Source: an uncultured Methylomirabilota bacterium (GTDB taxonomy: Bacteria; Methylomirabilota; Methylomirabilia; Methylomirabilales; 2-02-FULL-66-22). Taken from it: DNA of 64,000 nt. Within the stretch, counting starts at the first letter, position 1. Every line of letters begins with the position of its first letter. Shown here in pieces: positions 17,743-26,949 of this stretch. The DNA is taken from NCBI GenBank assembly GCA_963705305.1, contig OY970067.1, forward strand, positions 3,584,001-3,648,000, read 5' to 3'. The position numbers and the translations under genes were made by a program. The notes under the pieces were generated by a model. That model did no database searches. It had not been told where the DNA came from and was given only the letters and a program-made list of their open reading frames with translations.

Positions 17743-18810
17743 GTGACGTACCGACTGGGTGTCTTGGCCGGAGACGGAATCGGTCCAGAGATTGTTGAAG
17801 CCACGCTGTCCGTTTTGGAGGCGCTGCGGCGAAAGGACGGCCGCATCCGATTCGAGTGGGTGCCGCTGCCCATCGGCTGGGAAGCGCTCCGGAAGAGCGG
17901 GAGCGCCATCCCGGAATCCACCGTCGAAGGACTCGAGACGTGCGACGCCTGGATCATGGGTCCCCACGATTCCGCATCCTACCCCGCGGCGGAGCGGGAG
18001 AAACTCAATCCCAGCGGGACGCTGCGCCACCACTTCGACCTGTACGCCAATATCCGGCCGGCTCGCGCCTACCCCGGGCTGCCGGCGCTGTCACCGGGGA
18101 TGGACCTGGTCGTGGTCCGGGAGAACACCGAGGGATTCTATACGGACCGCAACATGGCCTGGGGCATCGGCGAGGTGATGCCCACCCCCGACGTGGCCTT
18201 GACACTGGGCAAGATAACGCGGCACGCGTCCCGGCGAATCGCCCAGACCGCCTTCAGTCTGGCCCGGCAACGCCGGGGGAAGGTCGCCATCGTTCACAAG
18301 CTCAATGTGATCCGCAAGGCGTACGGGTTGTTCATGGAGGCCTGCCGGGAGGTGGCACGAGAATTCCCGACGGTTGCGGTCGAGGACTACCACATCGATG
18401 CCATGGCGGCACATCTTGTGCGACGGGGTGCGGACTTCGACGTCATCCTGACCACGAACATGTTCGGCGACATCCTGTCGGATCTCACGGGGGAGCTGTC
18501 CGGGAGCCTGGGGATGGCCCCCTCCATCAATGCGGGCGTCGGCCGCGCCATGGCACAGGCCGCCCACGGCTCGGCCCCTGACATCGCCGGAAAGGGCGTC
18601 GCCAATCCGGTCGGGCTGATCCTCTCGGCGGCGATGCTGCTGTCCTGGTTGTCCGAGCAGCGACAGGATGCGGCTGCAGGGGAGGCTGCTCGGTCGATCG
18701 AGCGGGCGGTTGCCGCCGCGCTCGAAAAGGGACCGCGGACCCGGGACCTGGGCGGAACGGCGAGCACCGGCGAGTTCACCTCGGCCATCGTGCGACACCT
18801 CGCGGCCTGA
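17743..18810 (+). CDS. Isocitrate/isopropylmalate/tartrate dehydrogenase family protein
   Basis: GDGIGPEI, RENTEG, NMFGDILSDL and HGSAPDIAGKGVANP. Confidence 0.93.
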   Translation: MTYRLGVLAGDGIGPEIVEATLSVLEALRRKDGRIRFEWVPLPIGWEALRKSGSAIPESTVEGLETCDAWIMGPHDSASYPAAEREKLNPSGTLRHHFDLYANIRPARAYPGLPALSPGMDLVVVRENTEGFYTDRNMAWGIGEVMPTPDVALTLGKITRHASRRIAQTAFSLARQRRGKVAIVHKLNVIRKAYGLFMEACREVAREFPTVAVEDYHIDAMAAHLVRRGADFDVILTTNMFGDILSDLTGELSGSLGMAPSINAGVGRAMAQAAHGSAPDIAGKGVANPVGLILSAAMLLSWLSEQRQDAAAGEAARSIERAVAAALEKGPRTRDLGGTASTGEFTSAIVRHLAA

Positions 18811-18959
18811 CCCGCCGCGCCGGATTTGCCGAGCGAAGGGCTGCGGATCCGATCGCGGGAGAGATCCTGCCGCGCACTCATGGAAACGCGGAGTGTCTGT
18901 GAAGGGTCGAGCAACGCCCCGTGATGGGGAGCCGGTCTCCGGCCCGGAGGGAGGTCGAC

Positions 18960-20018
18960 ATGGACAGCTCGCGCCGCCGCACCCTGCAGCCCGCTCTAGT
19001 GCTGCTCCTCGCCGTCTGCGGTCTCTGCGTTGCAGGGTGGGTGGCCGCGCCGGCCTCTGCCGGGGCGGCCGCACGATCCCAGAGCCCATCGGACATCGTC
19101 ATCAAGGGCGGCAACTACACCTTCGCCGCCGCACCTTCCACCTCGCCCGTCTATTCCTACTGGGTGGCGATCGCCAAAGCCGTCATGAAGGTGTATCCGC
19201 AGTTCAACATCACGGTCACGGAGACCACGGGCGCCCTGGACATCACCAAGCGGGTGCGAGCTAGGCAGGCCGTCCTGGGCAACAGCATGGGCAACCTGGA
19301 CTACAACAACTACAACGGCGACGAGCAGTTCAAGGGGCAGCCCAACCCGAAGGCCAGAATTCTCTGGTACTACGACCATCTCATCGCCCAGTGGGCGGTG
19401 GCCAAAGCGTCGGGGATCAAGACCATCGAGGGTCTGAACGACCGGGAGTTCAATCCCGGCGGGGCGGGCGGGGGCATCGTCCCCATGACCAAGAACGCCT
19501 TCGCGCTCTTCGGAGTAAAGCCCAGATACTACGAGGCGACGCAGTCCACTGCCATGGAGGCGATGCTCAATCGCGAGATCATCGGACTCTCGAAGGCCGG
19601 TCCGGTGCCGGACAGCTTCTTCCAGCAGATCATGGCCAGCCTGCCCATCGAGCTGGTGGGGCTGACCAAGGCGCAGGAGGCCAAGGCCCTCGAAAAGTAT
19701 CCCTACTGGTCTTCGTTCACTATTCCGGCCAAGACGTACGGGGACTCGCAGGAGGTGCAAACGATCGCGGTGCTGGTGGGCGCCCAGACCAGCAGCGATC
19801 TTCCGGAGGAGGTCGGTTACGCCTTCTTCAAGGCCATGTGGGAAGGGGGCAAGAGCGTCTGGCAAACGGCCTATCCGTCGGCCGCCAATATCAACGTGCT
19901 GGAGCTGACCCTCAAGTCCTCGATCCCGCTGCATGCGGGTGCCGTGCGGTACTTGACGGAGCACGGGATCAAGGTCCCGGATCGATTGATCCCGCCCGAG
20001 TATAAGCCGGCGAAGTAG
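18960..20018 (+). CDS. TAXI-family TRAP transporter solute-binding subunit
   Basis: Signal peptide; ETTGALD, IKTIEGL, TIPAKTY and IPLHAGAVRY motifs; adjacent to a fused TRAP permease. Confidence 0.88.
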   Translation: MDSSRRRTLQPALVLLLAVCGLCVAGWVAAPASAGAAARSQSPSDIVIKGGNYTFAAAPSTSPVYSYWVAIAKAVMKVYPQFNITVTETTGALDITKRVRARQAVLGNSMGNLDYNNYNGDEQFKGQPNPKARILWYYDHLIAQWAVAKASGIKTIEGLNDREFNPGGAGGGIVPMTKNAFALFGVKPRYYEATQSTAMEAMLNREIIGLSKAGPVPDSFFQQIMASLPIELVGLTKAQEAKALEKYPYWSSFTIPAKTYGDSQEVQTIAVLVGAQTSSDLPEEVGYAFFKAMWEGGKSVWQTAYPSAANINVLELTLKSSIPLHAGAVRYLTEHGIKVPDRLIPPEYKPAK

Positions 20019-20108
20019 CCGTCCGCCGGTTGCCGACGATTCACCGGCGGCCGGGCCGGCGGCCGCCGGTGCGGGAGCGCGGGTTCCTGAGGGCCGCCGG
20101 CAGGGGTC

Positions 20109-22139
20109 TTGGCGCCGCCACCCGGAGTGCGTGCAAGAGTGGGAAGCGTATCGCCGCAGAATCCACATCATCCCACGGTGCCCGATCTGCGGGAGGAGAT
20201 CGATCCGGCGAAGCGGGCGGGCCTGACCGGCTGGGCCAGCCGCGGCCTGGCGATCATCTGCACCGCGTTCGGGATCTTCCAGTTCTACACCGCCGGCACG
20301 CGTCCCATGCTGGGGGTGATTCTGTATGCGACCCACCTGGCCTTTGCGCTGACGATTGTTCTGTGGGCCTACCCGCTGCGAAAATCCGGCCACCGCCGCC
20401 GTGTTCCGCTCTACGACCTCGTCTGCATCGCTCTCGCGATTGCGGCGGCCGGCTACGTCATCGCGAATGCCCTGCCGATCATGGAATTCAGCCACGTCGA
20501 GACGAACCTCGACCTGATCCTGGGCGTCCCGCTGATCCTGCTGGTCCTGGAGGCCTCCCGGCGCTCGCTGGGTCTGGTGTTCCCCATCCTGGTCGGCCTC
20601 TCCATCCTGTATGCGCTCTTCGGGCAGTTCATCCCTGGCCAGTTCGGCCACGGGGGGTTCTCCTGGCAGGTGATCGTCCGGACCCTGTACGTCACCCCCC
20701 AGGGGCTCTGGGGAGTCATGCTCCAAATCTCCGCCACTATCCTGGCCATCTTCCTCATCTTCGGCGCGGTCCTACTGAAGACGGGCGGCGGAGAGGCGTT
20801 TCTCGACCTGGCATTCCTGGCCTCGGCGCGGACGCGGGGCGGGCCGGCCAAGGTGGCTGCCGTGGCCAGCGGCCTGTTCGGGACGATCTCGGGGAGCGCC
20901 GTGGCGAACGCCGCGACGATCGGGACCTTCACCATTCCGCTGATGAAGCGGGCGGGATTTTCGAGCGAGTTCGCCGCGGCCGCGGAGGCCGTGGCGGGAA
21001 CGGGGGGGCAGATCATGCCTCCCGTCATGGGGGCGGGGGCCTTCCTGATCGCGGAGTTCCTCGGGATCTCCTACGCCAAGGTCGCCTGGGCGGCCCTGCT
21101 CCCGGCGCTGCTGTACTATGCGGGACTCATCGTGTCGATCCACCTGGAGGCGGTCAAGAACAACTTCCCCACCATCGCCACGCAGGAGGAGCAGCTCATC
21201 CGCGCGCGCCTCACCCCCAAGAAGGTCCTCCTTCCGCTGATCCCCGTGGGGGCGCTGATCTATGCCTTTTCCACCGGCTACACGGTCCAGCGGGGAGCCT
21301 ACTGGGCCTCCATCCTGGCGCTGCTGCTCACGGTGTTCATGGTCGAGGCCCCGGGGGTCCTGCGGAAGCTCTGGGGGGCGCTCCTGGTCGGCCTCCGGGG
21401 CATGGAGACGGCGGGAAAGGCCATCGCCGAGATCGCGGTCCTGCTGGCCTCGGCGCAGATCGTCGTGTCGATGCTGGGGCTGACCGGCCTGGCCGTCAAG
21501 TTCTCGGACCTCCTGGTCTCCCTCGGACGGGAGAACATGATGGCGACCCTGGTCCTGGCCATGGTCGTCCTGTTTGTCCTGGGGATGGGGGTCCCCCCCA
21601 CGGGCGTCTATGTCCTGGGCGGCGCGATCGTGGTGCCCGCGCTGATCGCGCTCGGGCTTCGGCCGCTCCCGGCGCATCTCTTCACCTTTTACTTCGCCTG
21701 CCTGGGGGCCATCACCCCGCCGGTCTGCGCGGCCGTCTACGTCACCTCGTCGCTGGCCGAGTCCAACTGGTGGCGGACCGGCTGGCTGGCCACGCGACTG
21801 GGGCTGGCCGGCTTCATCGTGCCCTACATGTTCGTCTACAACGAGAGCCTGCTGCTCTCCGGGGGGGTGGTCGAGATCGTGTACAATGGGCTCACGGCTT
21901 TCCTGGGAGTATTCTTCCTCGCCACCTTCGCCGTCGGGTACTACTTCGGTCCCATGGGGTGGGGCAGGCGATCGGTCATGGCGGTGGCGGGGATGATGCT
22001 GATTGAGCCGGGTATCGGGACCGACCTGGTGGGGGTGGCGCTGGCCGGCTCGATCTACCTGTCCCAGCGGTTCTGGCCCGCGCCGCCCGGGCCGCCGGGG
22101 TGCGGAAGGTCCTGGTCAATCACCCGGAGCTGTGGCTGA
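20109..22139 (+). CDS. TRAP transporter fused permease (DctM/DctQ 4TM/12TM); start uncertain
   Basis: GGPAKVAAVASGLFGTISGSAVANAATIGTFTIPLMK, GGQIMPPVMGAGAF and ITPPVC motifs. Confidence 0.92.
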   Translation: MAPPPGVRARVGSVSPQNPHHPTVPDLREEIDPAKRAGLTGWASRGLAIICTAFGIFQFYTAGTRPMLGVILYATHLAFALTIVLWAYPLRKSGHRRRVPLYDLVCIALAIAAAGYVIANALPIMEFSHVETNLDLILGVPLILLVLEASRRSLGLVFPILVGLSILYALFGQFIPGQFGHGGFSWQVIVRTLYVTPQGLWGVMLQISATILAIFLIFGAVLLKTGGGEAFLDLAFLASARTRGGPAKVAAVASGLFGTISGSAVANAATIGTFTIPLMKRAGFSSEFAAAAEAVAGTGGQIMPPVMGAGAFLIAEFLGISYAKVAWAALLPALLYYAGLIVSIHLEAVKNNFPTIATQEEQLIRARLTPKKVLLPLIPVGALIYAFSTGYTVQRGAYWASILALLLTVFMVEAPGVLRKLWGALLVGLRGMETAGKAIAEIAVLLASAQIVVSMLGLTGLAVKFSDLLVSLGRENMMATLVLAMVVLFVLGMGVPPTGVYVLGGAIVVPALIALGLRPLPAHLFTFYFACLGAITPPVCAAVYVTSSLAESNWWRTGWLATRLGLAGFIVPYMFVYNESLLLSGGVVEIVYNGLTAFLGVFFLATFAVGYYFGPMGWGRRSVMAVAGMMLIEPGIGTDLVGVALAGSIYLSQRFWPAPPGPPGCGRSWSITRSCG

Positions 22140-22437
22140 TCCACATGAGCCACGAGGATCAGCGCGCCCTGGCCGCCAAAGGGGCGATGAAGGAGGTCTG
22201 CATCCGGAGCGCCATGGCCCCGGGCCATAGCCAGGCGTCGCCGGAGCTGCTGGCGGAGCAGGTCAAGGCCGTGGGGGCCGTCCATGTGGTGATGGCCACC
22301 GATTACGGGCAGGTGGACAGCCCGCCCGCACCGGAGGGCCTGCGCTGGTACATCGCCCAGATGCTGGAGCACGGCATCCCCCGGCGGATATCGAGTTGAT
22401 GGTCAAGGTGAACCCATCGCGGCTGCTCGGGATCTGA
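22091..22437 (+). pseudogene. C-terminal fragment of a DUF6282-like (amidohydrolase-fold) gene overlapping the permease end
   Basis: AAGVRKVLVNHPE...VMATDYGQVDSPPAPEGL...GI, one C short in a C5 run, then ADIELMVKVNPSRLLGI-stop. The N-terminal half is absent. Confidence 0.65.
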
Positions 22438-22472
22438 GTCCCCGAGGCGGCATGTGTGAGAAGGGCCAGGGC

Positions 22473-23735
22473 ATGCAAATCCATCTTCCCTACGGCAAAG
22501 GGGCTGTCGACATCGCGGTTCCGGACGGATCGGCGGTCGCCTATCCGCGCGAGCTGCCTCCGGTGGATGACGTCGGTGAGGAGATCCGTCGCGCCATGGC
22601 GGCGCCGATCGGCGCTCCGCCGCTCAAGGCCGTGGCGGCGGGGAAGGGGAACGCGGTCGTGGTCATCAACGACATCACGCGTCCGGCGCCCAGCCGGGAG
22701 ATGCTGGCGGCCATCCTGGAGGAGCTGCGGGTCGCGGGGATCGCCGAGGCGGCCGTGACCGTGGTTGTCGCCACCGGCAATCACCGCGCCAACTCGCCCG
22801 GTGAGATCGCCGGGATGGTGGGGGAGGAGTTCGCTCACCGGCTGCGCGTGATCAACCATGCCTGCGAAGACGACGGCATGTTGCGCGCCATCCCGGCTCC
22901 GGGACTGGGCTTTCCCGTGCGGGTGAACTCCCATGTGGCCAACGCGTCCGTGAAGATCCTCACCGGCCTCATCGCGCCCCATCAGGCGGCCGGCTACAGT
23001 GGAGGGCGCAAGAGCCTGGCCCCCGGCGTCGCGGCCCTCGAGACGATCGCCGCGCAGCACTCTTTCCCGATCCGGCCGTACGATCCGGCCATGGGGTGGC
23101 TCAAGGGGAACCCCTTCCACGAGGTGGCGGTCAAGGCGGCTCGGGCGGTGGGCATCGATTTCATCGTCAACGTCGTCAAGAACTGCCGCGGCAAGGTGGT
23201 CCGGGCCGTGGCGGGGGAGTTGGAGGCGGCGCACGAGGCGGGGGTGTCGGTCTGCGAGCAGAGCTGGGTCGTCAACCTCCCGCGGACATACGAGGTGGTG
23301 ATCGTCACGCCGGGGGGATTTCCGCGCGACATCGATCTGCACCAGGCCCAGAAGGCCATGGCGACCGCCGAGCTCGTCACCGCCCCCGGCGGGGCCATCG
23401 TCCTCCTGGCCGAGTGCGCGGACGGCATCGGCAAGTTCGCCCCCTGGCTCCGCGGCGCCGCCAGCCCGCAGGCCGTGATCGACCGATTCACCCGCGAGGG
23501 GTTCACCCGCGAGCATTCCTCCAAGGCCTTCATGTGTGCGCGCGCCCTGGCCAAGCACCCGGTCGTGGTCTGCTGCTCGGGCATCCCCCGGGCCGAGCTG
23601 GAGGCCATGTTCTTCCGCCATGCAGACACGCCCCAGGCGGCGGTGGACGCCGCGCTGGCCATCGCGGGGGACCAGGCGAGCGTGCTGGTCCTGCCCTACG
23701 CAGTGGACTGCGTGCCGAAGGTGGGCCCGGCGTGA
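22473..23735 (+). CDS. LarA-family nickel-pincer hydroxy-acid racemase/epimerase
   Basis: NDITRP, ATGNHR, PHQAAGYSGGRKS, DIDLHQAQKA and AECADG. Substrate cannot be assigned from sequence alone. Confidence 0.9.
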   Translation: MQIHLPYGKGAVDIAVPDGSAVAYPRELPPVDDVGEEIRRAMAAPIGAPPLKAVAAGKGNAVVVINDITRPAPSREMLAAILEELRVAGIAEAAVTVVVATGNHRANSPGEIAGMVGEEFAHRLRVINHACEDDGMLRAIPAPGLGFPVRVNSHVANASVKILTGLIAPHQAAGYSGGRKSLAPGVAALETIAAQHSFPIRPYDPAMGWLKGNPFHEVAVKAARAVGIDFIVNVVKNCRGKVVRAVAGELEAAHEAGVSVCEQSWVVNLPRTYEVVIVTPGGFPRDIDLHQAQKAMATAELVTAPGGAIVLLAECADGIGKFAPWLRGAASPQAVIDRFTREGFTREHSSKAFMCARALAKHPVVVCCSGIPRAELEAMFFRHADTPQAAVDAALAIAGDQASVLVLPYAVDCVPKVGPA

Positions 23736-23856
23736 AGCGCAAAGGGCAAAGGACAAAGCGCAAAGGGAAAAGGGCGCAGAGTCACGCTTCGCTCTACGCG
23801 CTGTGCCTGTGCCCTCTGGGCCATGCCCCGTGCCCTATGCGCTATGCCCTATGCCC
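23736..23856. repeat. Inverted heptamer tandem arrays (long hairpin)
   Basis: About six AG(G/C)GCAA-like units followed by about six complementary (A/G)TGC(C/G)CT units. Confidence 0.7.
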
Positions 23857-24005
23857 AAAGGGCGAATTCCTGTTGACACGGCGAGATCAAGAGGAGGATC
23901 GTTATCCTGCCAGGATCAGGGAACGGCGGATGGCGAACGGCCACCGCCGCGCCTGCGGGCTTTACCGTCGGTCCGGGAGGGCTTCGGCCCTGCGCGAGGT
24001 GCCCC

Positions 24006-24635
24006 ATGCCAACGCGACCCCCCAAGAACACTCCGGATCCCTTCAGCCTTTCACGGCGCGCTTTCCTGAAGACGGTGGGTGTGGGAGCGGCGGCCACCGG
24101 CCTGGTCGGCGCCGGCGTGCGGCCCGCCCAGGCAACGGTCCTGGGCCCCGGGGCCGTCCCGCTCGAGCTGTCCGTCAACGGCGCGAAGCGCACCGTCGTG
24201 GTGGAGCCGCGGGTGACCCTGCTCCGCGCCCTGCGGAATGAGCTCGGCCTTACCGGCGCCAAGGAGGGCTGCAATCACGGGGCCTGCGGCGCCTGTACCG
24301 TCCTCTTGGATGGGAACCCCGTCTGCTCCTGCATGCTGCTGGCGGCGGACGCTGTCGGCCACGAGATCACCACGGTGGAAGGCCTCGGCACCCCCGAGCG
24401 GATGAGCCCGGTCCAGGCCGCCTTCGTCGAGGCGGACGCCCTCCAGTGCGGCTTCTGCACGCCGGGATTCGTGGTGGCCTCGACGGCCCTTTTGCGGACC
24501 CACCCCCATCCCACACTGGAACAGATCAAGGACGGCCTGGCGGGAAACCTCTGCCGCTGCGGGACCTACTCCCGCGTCTTCGAGGCCGTTCAGAAGGCGG
24601 CCGGGGCCGGCCAGCCCGCGCCGAAGAAGGGGTGA
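24006..24635 (+). CDS. Xanthine oxidase family 2Fe-2S subunit with Tat signal (PaoA/YagT-like)
   Basis: LSRRAFLK; GCNHGACGACTV; QCGFCTPG; NLCRCG. Confidence 0.93.
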   Translation: MPTRPPKNTPDPFSLSRRAFLKTVGVGAAATGLVGAGVRPAQATVLGPGAVPLELSVNGAKRTVVVEPRVTLLRALRNELGLTGAKEGCNHGACGACTVLLDGNPVCSCMLLAADAVGHEITTVEGLGTPERMSPVQAAFVEADALQCGFCTPGFVVASTALLRTHPHPTLEQIKDGLAGNLCRCGTYSRVFEAVQKAAGAGQPAPKKG

Positions 24636-24638
24636 GCC

Positions 24639-26945
24639 ATGGCCGAGCAGCCAGCCAGCGGACCGGCGCCGCTCACATATCTGGTGAAGGCGGGTCCCCG
24701 GAGCGCCCCCAGCCTCCTCGAAGTGCACGCGGCCCCCGGGGATCTCAAGCCCTGGGACCTGGACTCGACCCTGCGCGCGGTCGCGGGCCGGCATCCGCGG
24801 CTGGACGGCCCGATCAAGGTCACCGGGCGGGCGAGGTACACCGCGGACGTTCGCCTGCCGGGAATGCTGTGGGCCAAGATGGTGCGGGCCGCGATCCCTG
24901 CCGGGGAGATCCTGGCCATCGACCTCTCCAAGGCCAAAGGCCTGCCGGGCGTCAAAGCGGTCTGGGTCACGACATCCCGCGTCGTGCGCTTCGCGGGGCA
25001 GGACGTGGCGGCCGTGGCGGCCGTCTCACAGGAGGCAGCCGAGGAGGCCGCACGATTGGTGCGCGTCACCTACAAAGAGCGCCCCTTCGTGACCGACTTC
25101 GAGCGGGCCATGCAGCCGGACGCGCCCGCGGTCTATGCGCCGGGCGAGATGCCGGGGCCGGCGGATGTGCCGCTTCGGGGGAACGTCTTGGGGCCCATGG
25201 CGCCCAGCCGCGGCGGTGCCCGGGGTGACGTGGAGGGGGGGTTCGCCGAGGCCGAGGTGGTCCACGAGGCCACCTACGCCCTCCCCGTCCACACGCATGC
25301 CTCGCTGGAGACCCACGGCGTCGTGGCCCAGTGGGAGGGGGATCAGCTCACCGTGTACGCCTCGACCCAGGGCGTCTTCAGCACGCGGGCGGGCCTGGCC
25401 GAGGCGCTGGGAATCGACCGGAAGAACATCCGGGTGATCACCGAGCACATGGGGGGAGGCTTCGGCAGCAAGCTCCACCCCTCGGCCGTGGGCAGCCGCT
25501 TTGCCGTGGTGGCTTGCGAGCTGGCCCGGCAAGCGGGCGCCCCCGTCAAGCTGCTCTTGGACCGCCACGAAGAGCACCTGTGCACCGGCAACGCGCCCGG
25601 CGCCGCCATGACCGTCCGCATCGGGGCCCGGAGGGACGGGACCTTCACCGCCATTCAATACCGCTCCTTCGGGGCGCCCGGCATCACCGCCGGCGCGGGG
25701 ACGGGGGGGCCGGCCGGCGCCCTGTACCAGAACTGCCCCAACCTCCGGATCGAAGAGCATTCGGTCTTTACCAATACCGGCCCGGCGGCCCCGCTCAGGG
25801 CTCCGGGCCACCCGCAGGGGGCGTTTGCCCTGGAATCGGCCGTGGACGAGCTGGCCCACGCGCTGGGCATGGATCCGCTGGAGCTGCGCCGTACGAATGA
25901 GTCCCACCCGGTCCGCAGGATCGAGTACGACATCGGGGCCCGGGCCATCGGCTGGGAGCGCCGGAATCGGATTCCGGGCGCGGCGCCGGGGCCGCGCAAG
26001 CGCGGAATCGGCATGGCCAACGGCAACTGGTATGTCCTGTTCCGGGACAAGGGCATTGGAGCCGAGGTGCGCATCCACCGGGACGGCGGGGTGGAGCTGT
26101 TCCACGGGGCCCAGGACCTCGGCACGGGCCTGCGGACCGTCCTGGCCGTGGTGGCGGCCGAAGAGCTGGGGCTTCGCCCCCGGGACATCACGGTGCATGT
26201 GGGTGACACGCGGTTCCCCGAGGGGCCGACATCCGGCGGCAGTGTGACCACGAACACCTCGGCCCCCGCGGTCCGGCTGGCCGCGCACGACGCCCGCGCC
26301 AAGCTGTTCGCGGCCGTGGCGCCCCTCCTGCAATCAGCGCCGGAGGCGCTCGAGGCCGTGGACGGGAGGATCCGGGTGGCCGCCGATCCCAGCCGGGCCG
26401 TCTCCTTCGCGCAGGCCGCGTCGCGCATGCCCGGCGAGGTCATCATCGGCGTGGGCGAGCGCAAGCCGCAGTTCGAGGCCTACCGGCGGGACATCGCGGG
26501 GACCCAGTTCGCCGAGGTCGAGGTGGACGTGGAGACCGGCCGGATCCGGGTCGTGAAGATCGTTTCCGTCAACGACTGCGGCATGCCCATGAACGTGCTG
26601 ACGGCGGAGAGCCAGGTGATCGGCGCCATGATCCAGGGGGTCTCGTGGGCCCTCCTGGAGAACCGGACCATGGACGCGAACGTTGGGACCATGGTCAATC
26701 CCAACCTGGAGTCGTACAAGGTCCTGGGGGTCGCGGACATGTTCGAGGCGATCCCCATCGTGACCGAGGTGGCCAACGCGGGCAACAACACCTCGGCCAC
26801 GGGCATCGCCGAGCCCGCCATGGTCCCCACCCTGGCCGCCATTGCCAATGCGGTGTTCAATGCCACGGGGGCCCGCATCCGCCGCCTCCCGCTGACCCCC
26901 GACAGGGTCCTGGCCGCTCTCGCGGACGCGAAGAGGAAGGGGTAG
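24639..26945 (+). CDS. Xanthine oxidase family molybdopterin-binding subunit (PaoC/YagR-like)
   Basis: KVTGRARYTAD, MGGGFGSK, LRAPGHPQG, QDLGTG, SGGSVT and GIAEP...AIANAVFNATG. Confidence 0.93.
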   Translation: MAEQPASGPAPLTYLVKAGPRSAPSLLEVHAAPGDLKPWDLDSTLRAVAGRHPRLDGPIKVTGRARYTADVRLPGMLWAKMVRAAIPAGEILAIDLSKAKGLPGVKAVWVTTSRVVRFAGQDVAAVAAVSQEAAEEAARLVRVTYKERPFVTDFERAMQPDAPAVYAPGEMPGPADVPLRGNVLGPMAPSRGGARGDVEGGFAEAEVVHEATYALPVHTHASLETHGVVAQWEGDQLTVYASTQGVFSTRAGLAEALGIDRKNIRVITEHMGGGFGSKLHPSAVGSRFAVVACELARQAGAPVKLLLDRHEEHLCTGNAPGAAMTVRIGARRDGTFTAIQYRSFGAPGITAGAGTGGPAGALYQNCPNLRIEEHSVFTNTGPAAPLRAPGHPQGAFALESAVDELAHALGMDPLELRRTNESHPVRRIEYDIGARAIGWERRNRIPGAAPGPRKRGIGMANGNWYVLFRDKGIGAEVRIHRDGGVELFHGAQDLGTGLRTVLAVVAAEELGLRPRDITVHVGDTRFPEGPTSGGSVTTNTSAPAVRLAAHDARAKLFAAVAPLLQSAPEALEAVDGRIRVAADPSRAVSFAQAASRMPGEVIIGVGERKPQFEAYRRDIAGTQFAEVEVDVETGRIRVVKIVSVNDCGMPMNVLTAESQVIGAMIQGVSWALLENRTMDANVGTMVNPNLESYKVLGVADMFEAIPIVTEVANAGNNTSATGIAEPAMVPTLAAIANAVFNATGARIRRLPLTPDRVLAALADAKRKG

Positions 26946-26949
26946 CACC

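Noticed and set aside
23736..23856. CRISPR-like array
   Set aside because: The units are 7-mers without unique spacers, and there are no cas genes in the window.
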